Shown here piece by piece: positions 1 to 9,439 of a DNA stretch of 64,000 nucleotides. Position 1 is the stretch's first letter, and every line of letters begins with the position of its first letter. Origin of the DNA: an uncultured Verrucomicrobia subdivision 3 bacterium (GTDB taxonomy: Bacteria; Verrucomicrobiota; Verrucomicrobiia; Limisphaerales; UBA11358); assembly GCA_903878805.1 (NCBI GenBank), contig CAIRJF010000014.1:18426-82425 (forward strand), in the 5' to 3' direction. Under the pieces are notes generated by a model. It was given only the letters and a program-made list of their open reading frames with translations. It ran no database searches and was not told where the DNA came from. The position numbers and the translations under genes were made by a program.

Positions 1-1
1 G

Positions 2-277
2 ATTTACGAGGACAAATGGACGGTCAGCGAAAAAATCGAATGCGTCCTCAAGACCATCACCGAGCGCGGCTCCGTGAAATTTTCCGAACTGTTTGCATCC
101 GCCGCCAATCGCGCCGAGGTCGTCTGCACGTTTCTCGCGCTGCTGGAATTGATCCGCTTGAAACAGCTCGCCTGCGTTCAACCGGAGCCGTTTGCGGAAA
201 TTGAAATTGCCCGCGCGGAGCTGGTCGTTGCAGAAACTCCCGCCGAGCAACCCGCTGCGGATTCAACTCCCGGCTGA
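2..277 (+). CDS. scpA: Segregation and condensation protein A (ScpA), C-terminal fragment; 5' end outside window
   Basis: Frame 2 is open from the window edge to TGA 275-277. Translation ...SVKFSELFASAANRAEVVCTFLALLELIRLKQLACVQPEPFAEIEI matches the conserved ScpA C-terminal region (TFLALLEL motif). Confidence 0.7.
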   Translation: MYEDKWTVSEKIECVLKTITERGSVKFSELFASAANRAEVVCTFLALLELIRLKQLACVQPEPFAEIEIARAELVVAETPAEQPAADSTPG

Positions 278-332
278 ATCAATTTTGAATTCAACTTTGC
301 GTCTGGTCACGGCTCATGTATGCGCGGAAAAT

Positions 333-2258
333 TCAATGGCCGAAAAATTTCCGCCACATCTCCGGTCCGTTCTGCCAAAAAATGATCGCCACGCCCATCA
401 GTGCGCCGCCGGCCATCACGCCGGACGCGACGGGGAAAAGAAATTCCTCCGACTTGGCCGGGGATTTTTTCTGCCACCACCAGCCGATGACTGCGCCCAT
501 GAAAAACAGCACGCCGTAATACCACTGGAAAATCCACGCCAGCCCGAAGCCGGAAGCGGACGGCAAATATTTTTCCTGTTTCGGAAAAATTACCGGCAAA
601 ATGGCGAACACAATTCCCACCGCGCCGCCGATGGCGATGCTCCAGATTTTTGCGGGCGCGAGCGCTTCAAATCCTTTGCTCAAGGCTTGCGCGACGGCCG
701 CCCACGTTTGCGCGGCGGGCGCGGGAAATTGATCTGAGCCGATGACTTCGGGCTTGTTGACGATGAGCGTGAACGCAAACACGCTGACGACCGTGCCGAT
801 AAAAATTCCCGCGAACTGCGCGAGAAATTGTTTGCGCGGATTCGCGCCGAGCAGATAGCCGCTCTTCAAATCGGTCAGCAAATCGGCGGACGAACCGGCG
901 GCACCGGCGGTTATGTTTGCGGCCATAAGATTGACGTTCATGTTGCCGGGACTCAACGCGCCGAACGTGAGCTGCGTGACTTTGCCGAGCGGGCCGATGG
1001 GCGTGGTGTCGGTCTCGCCGGTGATGCGGCACGCGACGAGCGCGAGCGCGAAGGAAAGCACGACGGCCAAAGCGCTTTGCCAATAAGGCATTCCGAACGA
1101 CGCATGTGCCAGCAATGCGAGCGCGACGAGCGAAATGAATTGACCGGCGGCAAACCAGGTCATCGGCGTTTCGATGGCTTCCATTTCCGTTGGCGTTTTG
1201 GATTTCGGCGAAAACATTTTGCCCAAATCTAAAAATGCGCGCAGCGAGATGCGCCATTGCAAAATGAAATTCAGCAGACTCGCGAACACCATGCACGAAA
1301 CACCCGGCCACAAAGTCCATTGCACACATTCGCGAAAACCACCGGTGGCTTTGATAAGCCCGGCGTTTTGCAGAGCGGGCACATACATCATCCAGCACGC
1401 GAAACTGCCAAGAAGAATACTAAGGCACACGCGCATGCCCATGATCGCGCCGGACGCGATGAAGATTGGTTCCCAACTAAACATCACCGTGCGGCCAACC
1501 CACGTCGGGCCGAATAAGAAAGCGCTGAATTTGGTGCAGAGCGTGTCGCTGGAAAATGCGGCGAGTTTCGGGATGACGGCAAAACCGTCGTGGATAAAAT
1601 TATCAATGGCCGCAATCGCTCCCGCGATGCCGAGCGCTTTCGCGGCGCGCATGCCTTTTTGTCCGTGCGAGTGCAACGCGCGCAAAGTTTCCGCCGCCGC
1701 GACGCCGCTGGGAAAACGCAGTTGCTCGATGTTGATCATCTGTTTCTTCATCGGAATAGCCATCGTCACGCCGAGAATGGCGAGAAAGAAAACCCACGCG
1801 AAGGTCAGCGGCAGCGGGAGCGCGTGGCCGTTCAGCAGGATGAACGCCGCGAACGCCGAGACCAGCGTGCCACCGGTCGAGTAGCCCGCCGAACTGGCAC
1901 AGGACTGCATACAATTATTTTCGAGGATAGTCATCGGCACTTTTGCGAGGCCGATTTTCACGAACGTCGTCCAGATAGCGAAAGACAAAATGCACGCGGT
2001 GATGGCGACGCCCATACCCCAACCGGATTTCAGACCGATGTAAAGATTGGTGAGCGAAAGAATCGCGCCGAGCACGGAACCCATCAGCACCGCGCGCCAC
2101 GTCAGCTGCTTCATGGAATCGCCGCGCCCGCGATAAACTTGTTCGAACCATTGGCGCTCGATTTCTTCCGGCGTGCCGGTGAAGCCCGCGAGCGGCAGGG
2201 GAAATTCTTCCTCATTCTTTTTTGCCGGATTCATGCGCGCGGGTTCGGAAATCGGCAC
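333..2258 (-). CDS. OPT-family oligopeptide transporter (polytopic membrane protein)
   Basis: 641-aa ORF, highly hydrophobic. N-terminal QWFEQVYRG...QLTWRAVLMGSVLGAILSLTNLYIGLKSGW is typical of bacterial OPT transporters. Antisense ORFs are Arg/His-rich junk. Confidence 0.8.
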   Translation of the reverse strand: MPISEPARMNPAKKNEEEFPLPLAGFTGTPEEIERQWFEQVYRGRGDSMKQLTWRAVLMGSVLGAILSLTNLYIGLKSGWGMGVAITACILSFAIWTTFVKIGLAKVPMTILENNCMQSCASSAGYSTGGTLVSAFAAFILLNGHALPLPLTFAWVFFLAILGVTMAIPMKKQMINIEQLRFPSGVAAAETLRALHSHGQKGMRAAKALGIAGAIAAIDNFIHDGFAVIPKLAAFSSDTLCTKFSAFLFGPTWVGRTVMFSWEPIFIASGAIMGMRVCLSILLGSFACWMMYVPALQNAGLIKATGGFRECVQWTLWPGVSCMVFASLLNFILQWRISLRAFLDLGKMFSPKSKTPTEMEAIETPMTWFAAGQFISLVALALLAHASFGMPYWQSALAVVLSFALALVACRITGETDTTPIGPLGKVTQLTFGALSPGNMNVNLMAANITAGAAGSSADLLTDLKSGYLLGANPRKQFLAQFAGIFIGTVVSVFAFTLIVNKPEVIGSDQFPAPAAQTWAAVAQALSKGFEALAPAKIWSIAIGGAVGIVFAILPVIFPKQEKYLPSASGFGLAWIFQWYYGVLFFMGAVIGWWWQKKSPAKSEEFLFPVASGVMAGGALMGVAIIFWQNGPEMWRKFFGH

Positions 2259-2264
2259 GGCGCG

Positions 2265-2714
2265 TCAGGGCTTGGTGAGAATTTTTGTCTCCCAAGAAAA
2301 TTCCAGCGGGCTGGCGCAGACGGCTTCGGCCAGACTGACAAAAGGAACCTGTGCGCCCAGCCAGCGGGTGTTTTTGGCGATGGTGTCCATGGATTCGTGG
2401 GTGTTGTTGCAGATGAGATAGAGGCCGGAGCCGAGCACGAGAAAGGCCTCGTGGCTGGTGCCGATGCCGTGGCGGGCGAATTCAAAATCGCCCGGGCCAT
2501 ATTTGCCGTCGAGCAGCGCGGTGCGGAGCGCGCCGAGGTCGGTCACGAAATTTTTGAGGAACTCGTCGTTGCGCGGGCCGGTGTAGTGCAGGATGCGCGC
2601 GCGGTTGCGTTCGAGCGAGACCACGGCCCATTCGTCGAACACCACGCCGCCGTAGCGGGAATTCATTTCCTCGGCGCAGCCCTTGATTTTTTCACGGATT
2701 TCGTCAAGCGTCAT
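2265..2714 (-). CDS. Hypothetical cytoplasmic protein (149 aa), co-oriented and tightly spaced with the OPT gene
   Basis: Intact ORF with normal composition. Its stop lies 7 nt upstream of the OPT start. No family recognised. Confidence 0.55.
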   Translation of the reverse strand: MTLDEIREKIKGCAEEMNSRYGGVVFDEWAVVSLERNRARILHYTGPRNDEFLKNFVTDLGALRTALLDGKYGPGDFEFARHGIGTSHEAFLVLGSGLYLICNNTHESMDTIAKNTRWLGAQVPFVSLAEAVCASPLEFSWETKILTKP

Positions 2715-2745
2715 GCTGCGAGCAGAGCAAATCCCGCGCCCGCGC

Positions 2746-3720
2746 TCAAGGCAATTCCGGCGGCGAGGATTTTTTTGCGGCGGTGAGGGTCAGCGTCGCG
2801 CCCTGGCCGAGAACCGCCAGCAGGAGCGTGACCGGCACGCTGACCGCGCCGAGCACCGGTGCCAGTAAAACGGTGGCGATGATGGAGCCGTAGGATTTTT
2901 TGCCGTCAATCACCTTCGCGCTCTGGCCGCGCAGCAGGTTGTAAAGATAATTTGGCCGTGCACCGAGCCAGTTCAACAGCGACTGGACAAAGCTGAAATT
3001 ATCGTATTCTGGAGCCAGCGAGCTGACCCACGTCGGCTTCAGTCCGGCTTGGTTCAAAATCTCCGAGAGCGATTCGCGTGTGTGATGCGAAAGGTGGCGC
3101 GGGATGTCCAGATGGAACCAGCCGGACTTGGTCAGCCGTGCCTCGGGACTGCCAAAGTTCGGCACGGCCACAAGGAACAATCCGCCGGGGCGCAGGATGC
3201 GCGCGACCTCCGCCACCATCGGGCGCGGGTCGGAAACGTGTTCGAGGACGTGCCACATCACGACGACATCGAAGTTATTCTCGGGAAATTTTAATTCCGG
3301 CAGCAGGCCCACACACACCGGCAGTTGCAACACTTCCCGCGCGAAACGGCACGCGCCGTCGGAAAATTCCGTGCCGGTGACGTCGCAGCCCTGTTGCTGA
3401 AAGGCGCGCAACAGCAGACCGCGCCCGCAGCCGACGTCCAGCACTTTCGCGTTTTTTTTGTTTAACCGGCGCAGCACCTGTCCCGACCGCCACCGGTAAA
3501 GTTTTTCCTGCAGCCATTCCATCACCGCCGGAAAACGCCGGCCTTTTTTGTCGCCGTAATAGCCGGCGGGATAATAGCGCCCGATGTCCGCCGGCACCGG
3601 CAGCGTGACCACCTGTGCGCACTGGCGGCAGCGGACAATCTCAAACGTCTCGCCGCTGATGTAGTCGTAGGCGGGGAAGAGCGTTTCTGCGCCCTCGGTG
3701 GAATGATTGCAGCTCTGCAT
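2746..3720 (-). CDS. Class I SAM-dependent methyltransferase with C-terminal membrane segment
   Basis: VLDVGCGRGLLL (motif I), VVVMWHVLEHV and LRPGGLFLV motifs. The ORF is open to 3837, but the Met at 3720 (MQSCNHS...) avoids overlap with the divergent gene at 3804. Confidence 0.75.
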   Translation of the reverse strand: MQSCNHSTEGAETLFPAYDYISGETFEIVRCRQCAQVVTLPVPADIGRYYPAGYYGDKKGRRFPAVMEWLQEKLYRWRSGQVLRRLNKKNAKVLDVGCGRGLLLRAFQQQGCDVTGTEFSDGACRFAREVLQLPVCVGLLPELKFPENNFDVVVMWHVLEHVSDPRPMVAEVARILRPGGLFLVAVPNFGSPEARLTKSGWFHLDIPRHLSHHTRESLSEILNQAGLKPTWVSSLAPEYDNFSFVQSLLNWLGARPNYLYNLLRGQSAKVIDGKKSYGSIIATVLLAPVLGAVSVPVTLLLAVLGQGATLTLTAAKKSSPPELP

Positions 3721-3803
3721 CGGAAAAATTAGGCTGCAAAGTGTCATCCAAACAAGTCGAAACATCGCCGTCAAAAAATTAGGCTTGGCGAACTTGATGC
3801 GAT

Positions 3804-4652
3804 TTGCATACAGTTCAGCCATTAGCCATGCAGCCATCCACGGATTCAGTCAATTATGCGAACGGCGGAAGCAGCCTGAGAAAAAAGGTCTGGCCGCATC
3901 AGCTTGTCTTGGCGCTGACGCTGGCGGCGGCGGCGGCCGCGTTGCTATTTGAAAATTCCGCAATACAGCGCTGGCTGGATGCCTTGCTGCTGCTGCTCGC
4001 GACCGCCGCGTCCATCAGCGCGCTCGCCTGCCAGTTGCCGTTGCAAAGCGTGCTGTTCGCCGCCTTCATCACCGCGCTGGTCGGCGGCGCGGCGCATGGC
4101 TTGAGCGCACGCACCGGCCTGCCGTTCGGCCCGCTGTCATTCGGCAACACCGCCGGGCCGCAACTGTTCAACACCGTGCCGTGGACCGTGCCGTTGCTGT
4201 GGGTCATCGCCATTTTTAATTCCCGCGGGGTTGCGCGCCTGATGCTGCGCCCGTGGCGGCGGGTGAAGACTTACGGATTTTTGCTGATGGGACTGACGAC
4301 GCTGCTGGCACTGGCGTTTGATCTCGCGTTGGAACCGTTTGCCCGCACGAAACACCTCTGGCTGTGGGAGCCGACAAAACTTTCCCTGACGTGGCACGGC
4401 GCATCGCCGTTGAGCTTTGTCGGCTGGGCGTTCGTGGCGCTGATCATCCTCGCTTTCATCATGCCATATCTCATCCGCAAGCAGCCGGGCAATCCCAGCG
4501 CCCCGGACTTCGCGCCGCTTGCGTTGTGGCTGGGCGCAATCATTTTATTTGCGGTGAGCGCGGCGCAGTCCGGCCTCTGGGCGGCGCTGGCATTGAACAT
4601 AATTCTGGCGGGTGTCGTGGCCGTTTTTTCCTCGCGCGGCGCAAAATGGTGA
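3804..4652 (+). CDS. Polytopic membrane protein, possibly carotenoid-biosynthesis-protein/DUF422-like
   Basis: 282-aa ORF with about 7 hydrophobic segments. The family assignment is only a pattern impression (FNTVPWTVPLLWVIAIFNSRG). Confidence 0.5.
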   Translation: MHTVQPLAMQPSTDSVNYANGGSSLRKKVWPHQLVLALTLAAAAAALLFENSAIQRWLDALLLLLATAASISALACQLPLQSVLFAAFITALVGGAAHGLSARTGLPFGPLSFGNTAGPQLFNTVPWTVPLLWVIAIFNSRGVARLMLRPWRRVKTYGFLLMGLTTLLALAFDLALEPFARTKHLWLWEPTKLSLTWHGASPLSFVGWAFVALIILAFIMPYLIRKQPGNPSAPDFAPLALWLGAIILFAVSAAQSGLWAALALNIILAGVVAVFSSRGAKW

Positions 4653-4653
4653 A

Positions 4654-5955
4654 TCAGTTTCTTCTTCTGACTTTTAATTTGGTCACGCGCGGGCCGTCCA
4701 TTTCCTCGACGCGCAAATCAAAATCGCCCACGCTCACCGAATCGCCCGGTTTGGGAAAGCCGCCGAGCTTTTCCGTCAGCCAGCCGCTCGCGGTGGTGGT
4801 GTTTTCATCGTGCGGAACCGTGCCGATGATTTTCTCCAATTCATGCAGTGCCAAAGTTCCGGCCGCCTCCCAAATATTTTCGCCGAGGCGGATCAACTCG
4901 GATTTTTCCGCGTCGAACTCATCTTGAATTTGCCCGACGAGCGCCTCAATGGCGTTTTCTAAGGTCACAATTCCAACCGTGCCGCCGAACTCATCCACGA
5001 CCACGGCGAAGTGCGCTTTGCGGTCGAGAAACCGCCGCAGCAGTTTGTCGAGCGATGCCGTTTCAGGAATGTAAAAAAGTTTTCGCGCGAACGGCAGCAG
5101 ATCCGCCGCCGTCTGCGCCCGCTCGCGCGACGCATACAAATCCTTGATATGAACCACGCCGAGCGTCTTGTCCAAGTCGTCGTTTTCGCAGATGGGAAAG
5201 CGCGAGTAGCGCGTCTTGTCCGCCAAAGCCACGCACTCGGCCAGCGAGGCCGTCGTGTCGAACGCCGTGATTTCATTGCGCGGACGCATCACCTCGCGCG
5301 CGGTGCGATGGCGCAAATCCAGCGCGTTCAAAATCAAATCGCGCCGGTCACCCGCGCCTTGCGCGGCAGATAAAACGACGCGCAATTCTTCTTCCGAATG
5401 GCGATCATGCAGCTCGCCGCCGGCAAAACCGATCCAGCGCAAAACGATTTGCGACGAGCGGTGCAGCACCCAGATGAACGGATATGACACGCGAAAAAAC
5501 AAATTCAGCGGCGACGCGACCCACAACGAAGTTTGCAGCGTGCGGCGGATGGCGATGGCCTTCGGCACCAGTTCGCCCGCGATGATGAGCAAATAGCAGT
5601 TCACAAAAAACCCGACGACGATGGCGATGGTTCCTTGCGTGTGCTCGTTGGAAATTTTCAACAGCGGAAAAACGGGTTCCAGCAGCGCACGAAAAACCGG
5701 TTCCACCAGGACGCCGAGCGCCATGCTCGCGAGCGTGATACCGAACTGCGTCGCGCCGATGTAGGAATCAATGTGCGCGACGATGTGGCGCGCGGTGCGG
5801 GCGCGGCGGTTGCCTTTTTCCGCGAGCGGTGCGAGCTGCGTGTCGCGAATGCGGACGAGCGCCAATTCTGCCGCGACAAAAAACGCGTTGAACAGCACCA
5901 GCAGCGCGACCGCGAGCAGCTTGAATCCGTCGGCGATGACTTCGTTCCCGTTCAC
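4654..5955 (-). CDS. CNNM/HlyC/CorC-family protein (DUF21 TM domain + CBS pair + CorC_HlyC C-terminal domain)
   Basis: 433 aa. N-terminal 4-TM DUF21-like region, CBS region (REVMRPRNEI...VVDEFGGTVGIVTLEN), C-terminal transporter-associated domain. GTG start overlaps the upstream stop (GTGA). Confidence 0.85.
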   Translation of the reverse strand: MNGNEVIADGFKLLAVALLVLFNAFFVAAELALVRIRDTQLAPLAEKGNRRARTARHIVAHIDSYIGATQFGITLASMALGVLVEPVFRALLEPVFPLLKISNEHTQGTIAIVVGFFVNCYLLIIAGELVPKAIAIRRTLQTSLWVASPLNLFFRVSYPFIWVLHRSSQIVLRWIGFAGGELHDRHSEEELRVVLSAAQGAGDRRDLILNALDLRHRTAREVMRPRNEITAFDTTASLAECVALADKTRYSRFPICENDDLDKTLGVVHIKDLYASRERAQTAADLLPFARKLFYIPETASLDKLLRRFLDRKAHFAVVVDEFGGTVGIVTLENAIEALVGQIQDEFDAEKSELIRLGENIWEAAGTLALHELEKIIGTVPHDENTTTASGWLTEKLGGFPKPGDSVSVGDFDLRVEEMDGPRVTKLKVRRRN

Positions 5956-6941
5956 AATTTCACCTCACCAAACATGAGTTTCAAAATGTCTTCGAGCGAG
6001 ACCACGCCGGCCTCGCTGCCATCGCGCGCGAGCACGATCGCGAGCCGCTGGCCCGCGCGCTGCATCCGACGCAGCGCGATTTCCAGCCGCGTGCCGTCAT
6101 CGAGGAACAGCGCGGGCGACATGAATTCACCGGCGGTCTTGGTCACGTCCAGATTTTCGTGAAACAGCAGCGCGCCCACATCCAGCATCCCGGCGATGCG
6201 TTTTTTTCCGTCGCGCGATTCCCAGACTGGCAGGCGCGACAGATTTTTTTCCTGCGCGAGCCTCAGCGCATCGCGCAACGGCGAGGCGATGCCGAGCGAA
6301 AAGGTTTTTGCCAGCGGCGTGGTGATTTGTGCGACGGTGAAGTGCTGCAAGTCCAAAACGCGGTTGACCATCGCGTGTTCCTCGCCGGTGAGCGCCGACG
6401 CGGCCTCGGCCATCACGGCGCGCATTTCTTCACGGTTGCCGAACAGCCGCCCGGTGAATGTCCGCGCCCCGCGCCAGCGCAGGACGAATTGCGAGATGCC
6501 GTCCACGAGAAAAACCACCGGCGCGAGCGCGAGATGCGTGAGCCGGAGCGCGCCGGCGGCCGCGAGGCAAAGCCGGTTCGGATACGCGCGAAAAAGCATT
6601 TTCGGCAACAGGTCGGAAAAGGAATAAAATACGAACACGATGACAGTGAAAAGCGCGATGATCACGGCGGTGTGGCCGGCGAACCATTCGTGCAGCTTGG
6701 CGATGACCCAACCGAGAATAAGGAAATTCACCAACGTGTTGCCAACGAGAATCGTCCAGAGAAATTTCTCGGGCTTTTCCAGAAAGCCGTGGAGAATTTG
6801 CGCCTGCGCGTTGCCCATCCGCGCAAGCCGCCGCACGCGCAACCGGTTCAGCGCGAACACGCCCGCCTCCATGCCCGACAGCAGAAACGACAGCACCAGA
6901 CACAGCACGACGCCAAAAAATGTGGTGAGGTAGGCGCTCAT
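5952..6941 (-). CDS. CNNM-family paralog lacking the CorC_HlyC domain (DUF21 + CBS pair only)
   Basis: 329 aa. DUF21-like TM region followed by a CBS pair (LAIVLARDGSEAGVVSLEDILKLMFGEV), ending right after the CBS pair. ATGA overlap with the upstream gene. Confidence 0.8.
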   Translation of the reverse strand: MSAYLTTFFGVVLCLVLSFLLSGMEAGVFALNRLRVRRLARMGNAQAQILHGFLEKPEKFLWTILVGNTLVNFLILGWVIAKLHEWFAGHTAVIIALFTVIVFVFYSFSDLLPKMLFRAYPNRLCLAAAGALRLTHLALAPVVFLVDGISQFVLRWRGARTFTGRLFGNREEMRAVMAEAASALTGEEHAMVNRVLDLQHFTVAQITTPLAKTFSLGIASPLRDALRLAQEKNLSRLPVWESRDGKKRIAGMLDVGALLFHENLDVTKTAGEFMSPALFLDDGTRLEIALRRMQRAGQRLAIVLARDGSEAGVVSLEDILKLMFGEVKL

Positions 6942-8164
6942 TTGATTTGCTGCACCAGCAGTTCGCGCACGCGCCGTTCGTCGGCGACCTGCGCGGTGAA
7001 TTTCAAGCCGGCGAACACCGCCGTTTCGCCTGCCGCCGGGACGACGCCGAGCAAATGCGTGAGCAATCCGCCCATCGTTTCCACCTCGGTCACGTCGGGC
7101 AGCAGCGGAAATTCGCGGCGAAAATCTTCGAGCCGCATTGTGCCATTAACGCGCCAGTGGCCGGGCGAAATTTTTTCCAGCACGAAGCCCTGCGGCTCCG
7201 TCGCCACGCGGATTTTGCCGACGATGCCGCCGAGAATGTCCTCCATCGTGACCAAGCCGGACGCGCTGCCGAATTCGTCCAGCACGATGGCGAGGCCGCG
7301 CTGCTGTTTTTGCAGCGCACGAAAAAGCTGGAGCAAATTCATGGACTCCGGCACGAACGACGGAAATTCAATCACCTCCGCGAGGTCAATTTTTGGGTCG
7401 AGCAACAACGCGCGCGTGTTCAAGATGCCGACAATCGTGTCTGGCGTTTCGTCGTAAATCGGTATGCGACGATGCTTGTATTTGCGCGCCACGGCAATCA
7501 TTTCATCCACCGTGGCGTCGTCGGAAATGCACGTCATACCGGCTCGCGGACGCATCATGTCGCGCGCAGTGCGCCGGTCGAGACTGATGATTTGCAAAAT
7601 GATTTCGCGTTCGGATTCTTCGAGCGTGCCTTGCTGCCAGGCGAGTTCGAGCAGTTCTTGGTATTCCGCTTCCGTCACGGCGGCGGGCGGCGCGGCTTTG
7701 GCGGCTGCCTGTTTGAGGATGGCGGCGTTCGTCCATTGCGCGGCGCGGTAAAACGGCTTGGTCACGCGGCGAAAAATCAGCAGCGGCCACGCGACGCGCA
7801 GCGCCCAGTATTCCGGCTGGCGCACCGCGAGCGTCTTGGGCAGCACCTCGCCGATGAGCAGGACGACGGCGGCGAGCGCGAGCATCGTCAGCCCGAAAGC
7901 CCATTGCGCGTCGAACACCATGCGGAGCGCGGCAGCGAGAATCGCGGCATTGGCAAAAGTATTTCCCAGCGCCAGCGTGGCTTGCAAATCGTGCGGGCGT
8001 GCCAGCAGTTCGGAAACAATTTTTCCCGCGCCGGATTTTTTTTCGAGCAGTTGCGCCACCTGCCATTTGCTCAAGGAAAAGAGCGCCGTTTCCGCGAGGG
8101 CGAAAAATAAACTCGCGCCCGCGAACACCAAAACCGCCATGAACATCGCCGTTTCCACGCGCAC
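6938..8164 (-). CDS. CNNM/HlyC/CorC-family protein (DUF21 + CBS pair + CorC_HlyC)
   Basis: 408 aa. RDMMRPRAGM...IVLDEFGSASGLVTMEDILGGIVG plus a C-terminal CorC-like domain (GHWRVNGTMRLEDF). Confidence 0.85.
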   Translation of the reverse strand: MRVETAMFMAVLVFAGASLFFALAETALFSLSKWQVAQLLEKKSGAGKIVSELLARPHDLQATLALGNTFANAAILAAALRMVFDAQWAFGLTMLALAAVVLLIGEVLPKTLAVRQPEYWALRVAWPLLIFRRVTKPFYRAAQWTNAAILKQAAAKAAPPAAVTEAEYQELLELAWQQGTLEESEREIILQIISLDRRTARDMMRPRAGMTCISDDATVDEMIAVARKYKHRRIPIYDETPDTIVGILNTRALLLDPKIDLAEVIEFPSFVPESMNLLQLFRALQKQQRGLAIVLDEFGSASGLVTMEDILGGIVGKIRVATEPQGFVLEKISPGHWRVNGTMRLEDFRREFPLLPDVTEVETMGGLLTHLLGVVPAAGETAVFAGLKFTAQVADERRVRELLVQQIK

Positions 8165-8198
8165 ACATTAGCGGAAATACTGCGCCGGAAAAGGCGAA

Positions 8199-9284
8199 TT
8201 ACCGCGCCGCCGGCGCGGACGCCAAACTTTCCAGTAACTGACATTCTGGACTCCACGACCAAGCGCGAAAGAGCAGGAGGTCGCCCCGGTCGTGGGCGCG
8301 CAAGATTTTATTCGCGTCATCCGCCGCATCGCTGACATCCACCGCCGCAAACGCGCCGCGGAAAAATTTTCTAGCCCAGTCCGCCGCCCGCCCGCCGTCG
8401 TCCCGGCGCAGCGGAATGTAAGGCGTGGTGGACGCCCAGTAGGGCAGGTAGTGATGTTCGGGAATCAGCAGGATGTCCGGCCGCGCCTTCGCCACGCTGC
8501 GCAGTTGCCACACTTCGTCCGGCCGCCGGATGCCGCCCGTAGAATCCACATAAAAAATTGTCGCGCCCCAGCGCTTGCGGGCGTAGTCAATTTTTTCCAG
8601 CAAAGTCTGCCGGACGTTCAGCACCTGCGCCTGATGCGGCTGGCCGTAGTCAAAATCCAGTTGCTGCGGGCGCACGGTCAGGCCGACCTTGAACCCGGCG
8701 TGGCGCAGCCGCGCAAAAAATTCATCCGCCGCCGCATCCATTTCCGGCGCGAGCCGTTCCAGCAAACGCGGGTCGCCGATGTAAGTGGTCTTGTGCGGAT
8801 ACTGTTCGCCCTCAAGATCCCAGACGATGACGCCCTGCGCGCCCGTGCGCTTGAGAATCGCGATGCTGCGGTCGGCGTAATCCACCAGCGCCGCGCGAAA
8901 GCGCTCCGTGCCACCCTTGCCGGTCACATCGAGATTGGAATCATTGAACCAGCCACGCGGATTGGTGGGCGACGCGTATAAGTTTGAGGCGAGAAACAGT
9001 TCGCCCACCGGTCGGCGATCCGGCCAGCGCACGATCACCGGCTGGAAAATCCACGTTCCCAACATGGCTGCCACCAGCGCGAGCATGACGCCGGCGGCGA
9101 CCGCGAGAAATTTTTTCTGCGCAGCGCGGTGGCGTGCTTGCCGCAACGCTTTTTCAATCGGGGAGAATTGCGGAACGGGAACCCGTTTTTTGCAGTGCGG
9201 GCATTTGACCTTGCGACCGCGATCGCTTTCCTCGCACACCAGCACCGTGGCGCAATGCCGGCAAGTGATTTTGATTTTATCCAT
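8199..9284 (-). CDS. Membrane-anchored protein: N-terminal zinc ribbon, one TM segment, C-terminal putative glycoside-hydrolase-like TIM-barrel domain
   Basis: CRHC-x17-CPHC zinc ribbon, TM segment (FLAVAAGVMLALVAAMLGTWIF), then GVIVWDLEGEQYP...IFYVDS...LLIPEH, reminiscent of GHL-type domains. Function not established. Confidence 0.55.
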   Translation of the reverse strand: MDKIKITCRHCATVLVCEESDRGRKVKCPHCKKRVPVPQFSPIEKALRQARHRAAQKKFLAVAAGVMLALVAAMLGTWIFQPVIVRWPDRRPVGELFLASNLYASPTNPRGWFNDSNLDVTGKGGTERFRAALVDYADRSIAILKRTGAQGVIVWDLEGEQYPHKTTYIGDPRLLERLAPEMDAAADEFFARLRHAGFKVGLTVRPQQLDFDYGQPHQAQVLNVRQTLLEKIDYARKRWGATIFYVDSTGGIRRPDEVWQLRSVAKARPDILLIPEHHYLPYWASTTPYIPLRRDDGGRAADWARKFFRGAFAAVDVSDAADDANKILRAHDRGDLLLFRAWSWSPECQLLESLASAPAAR

Positions 9285-9439
9285 GCAATTGCCGCCGGGG
9301 CGCGGCGTTGGCGGGTGAAATCAATTTCCTCATGCGAATGCTGCGTAATTTTTAGAAGCGGGCGTCAAGCGTCAAGCCCTATTATGCCTCGGAGTGACCA
9401 CACGCACCAAAAATTAATTCAGCCCGCAATAGCAACGCT

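Noticed and set aside
1590-2786. 398-aa plus-strand ORF. The same applies to 6159-7457, 6947-8110, 45591-46667, 47317-48222, 62546-63463, 34308-35288, 30687-31319, 50331-51059 and 57417-58349.
   Set aside because: All are shadow ORFs opposite recognised genes (OPT, CNNM paralogs, ftsA, ftsZ, aspS, ftsI, mraZ, dksA, Ig-repeat gene). All have low-complexity Arg-rich translations.
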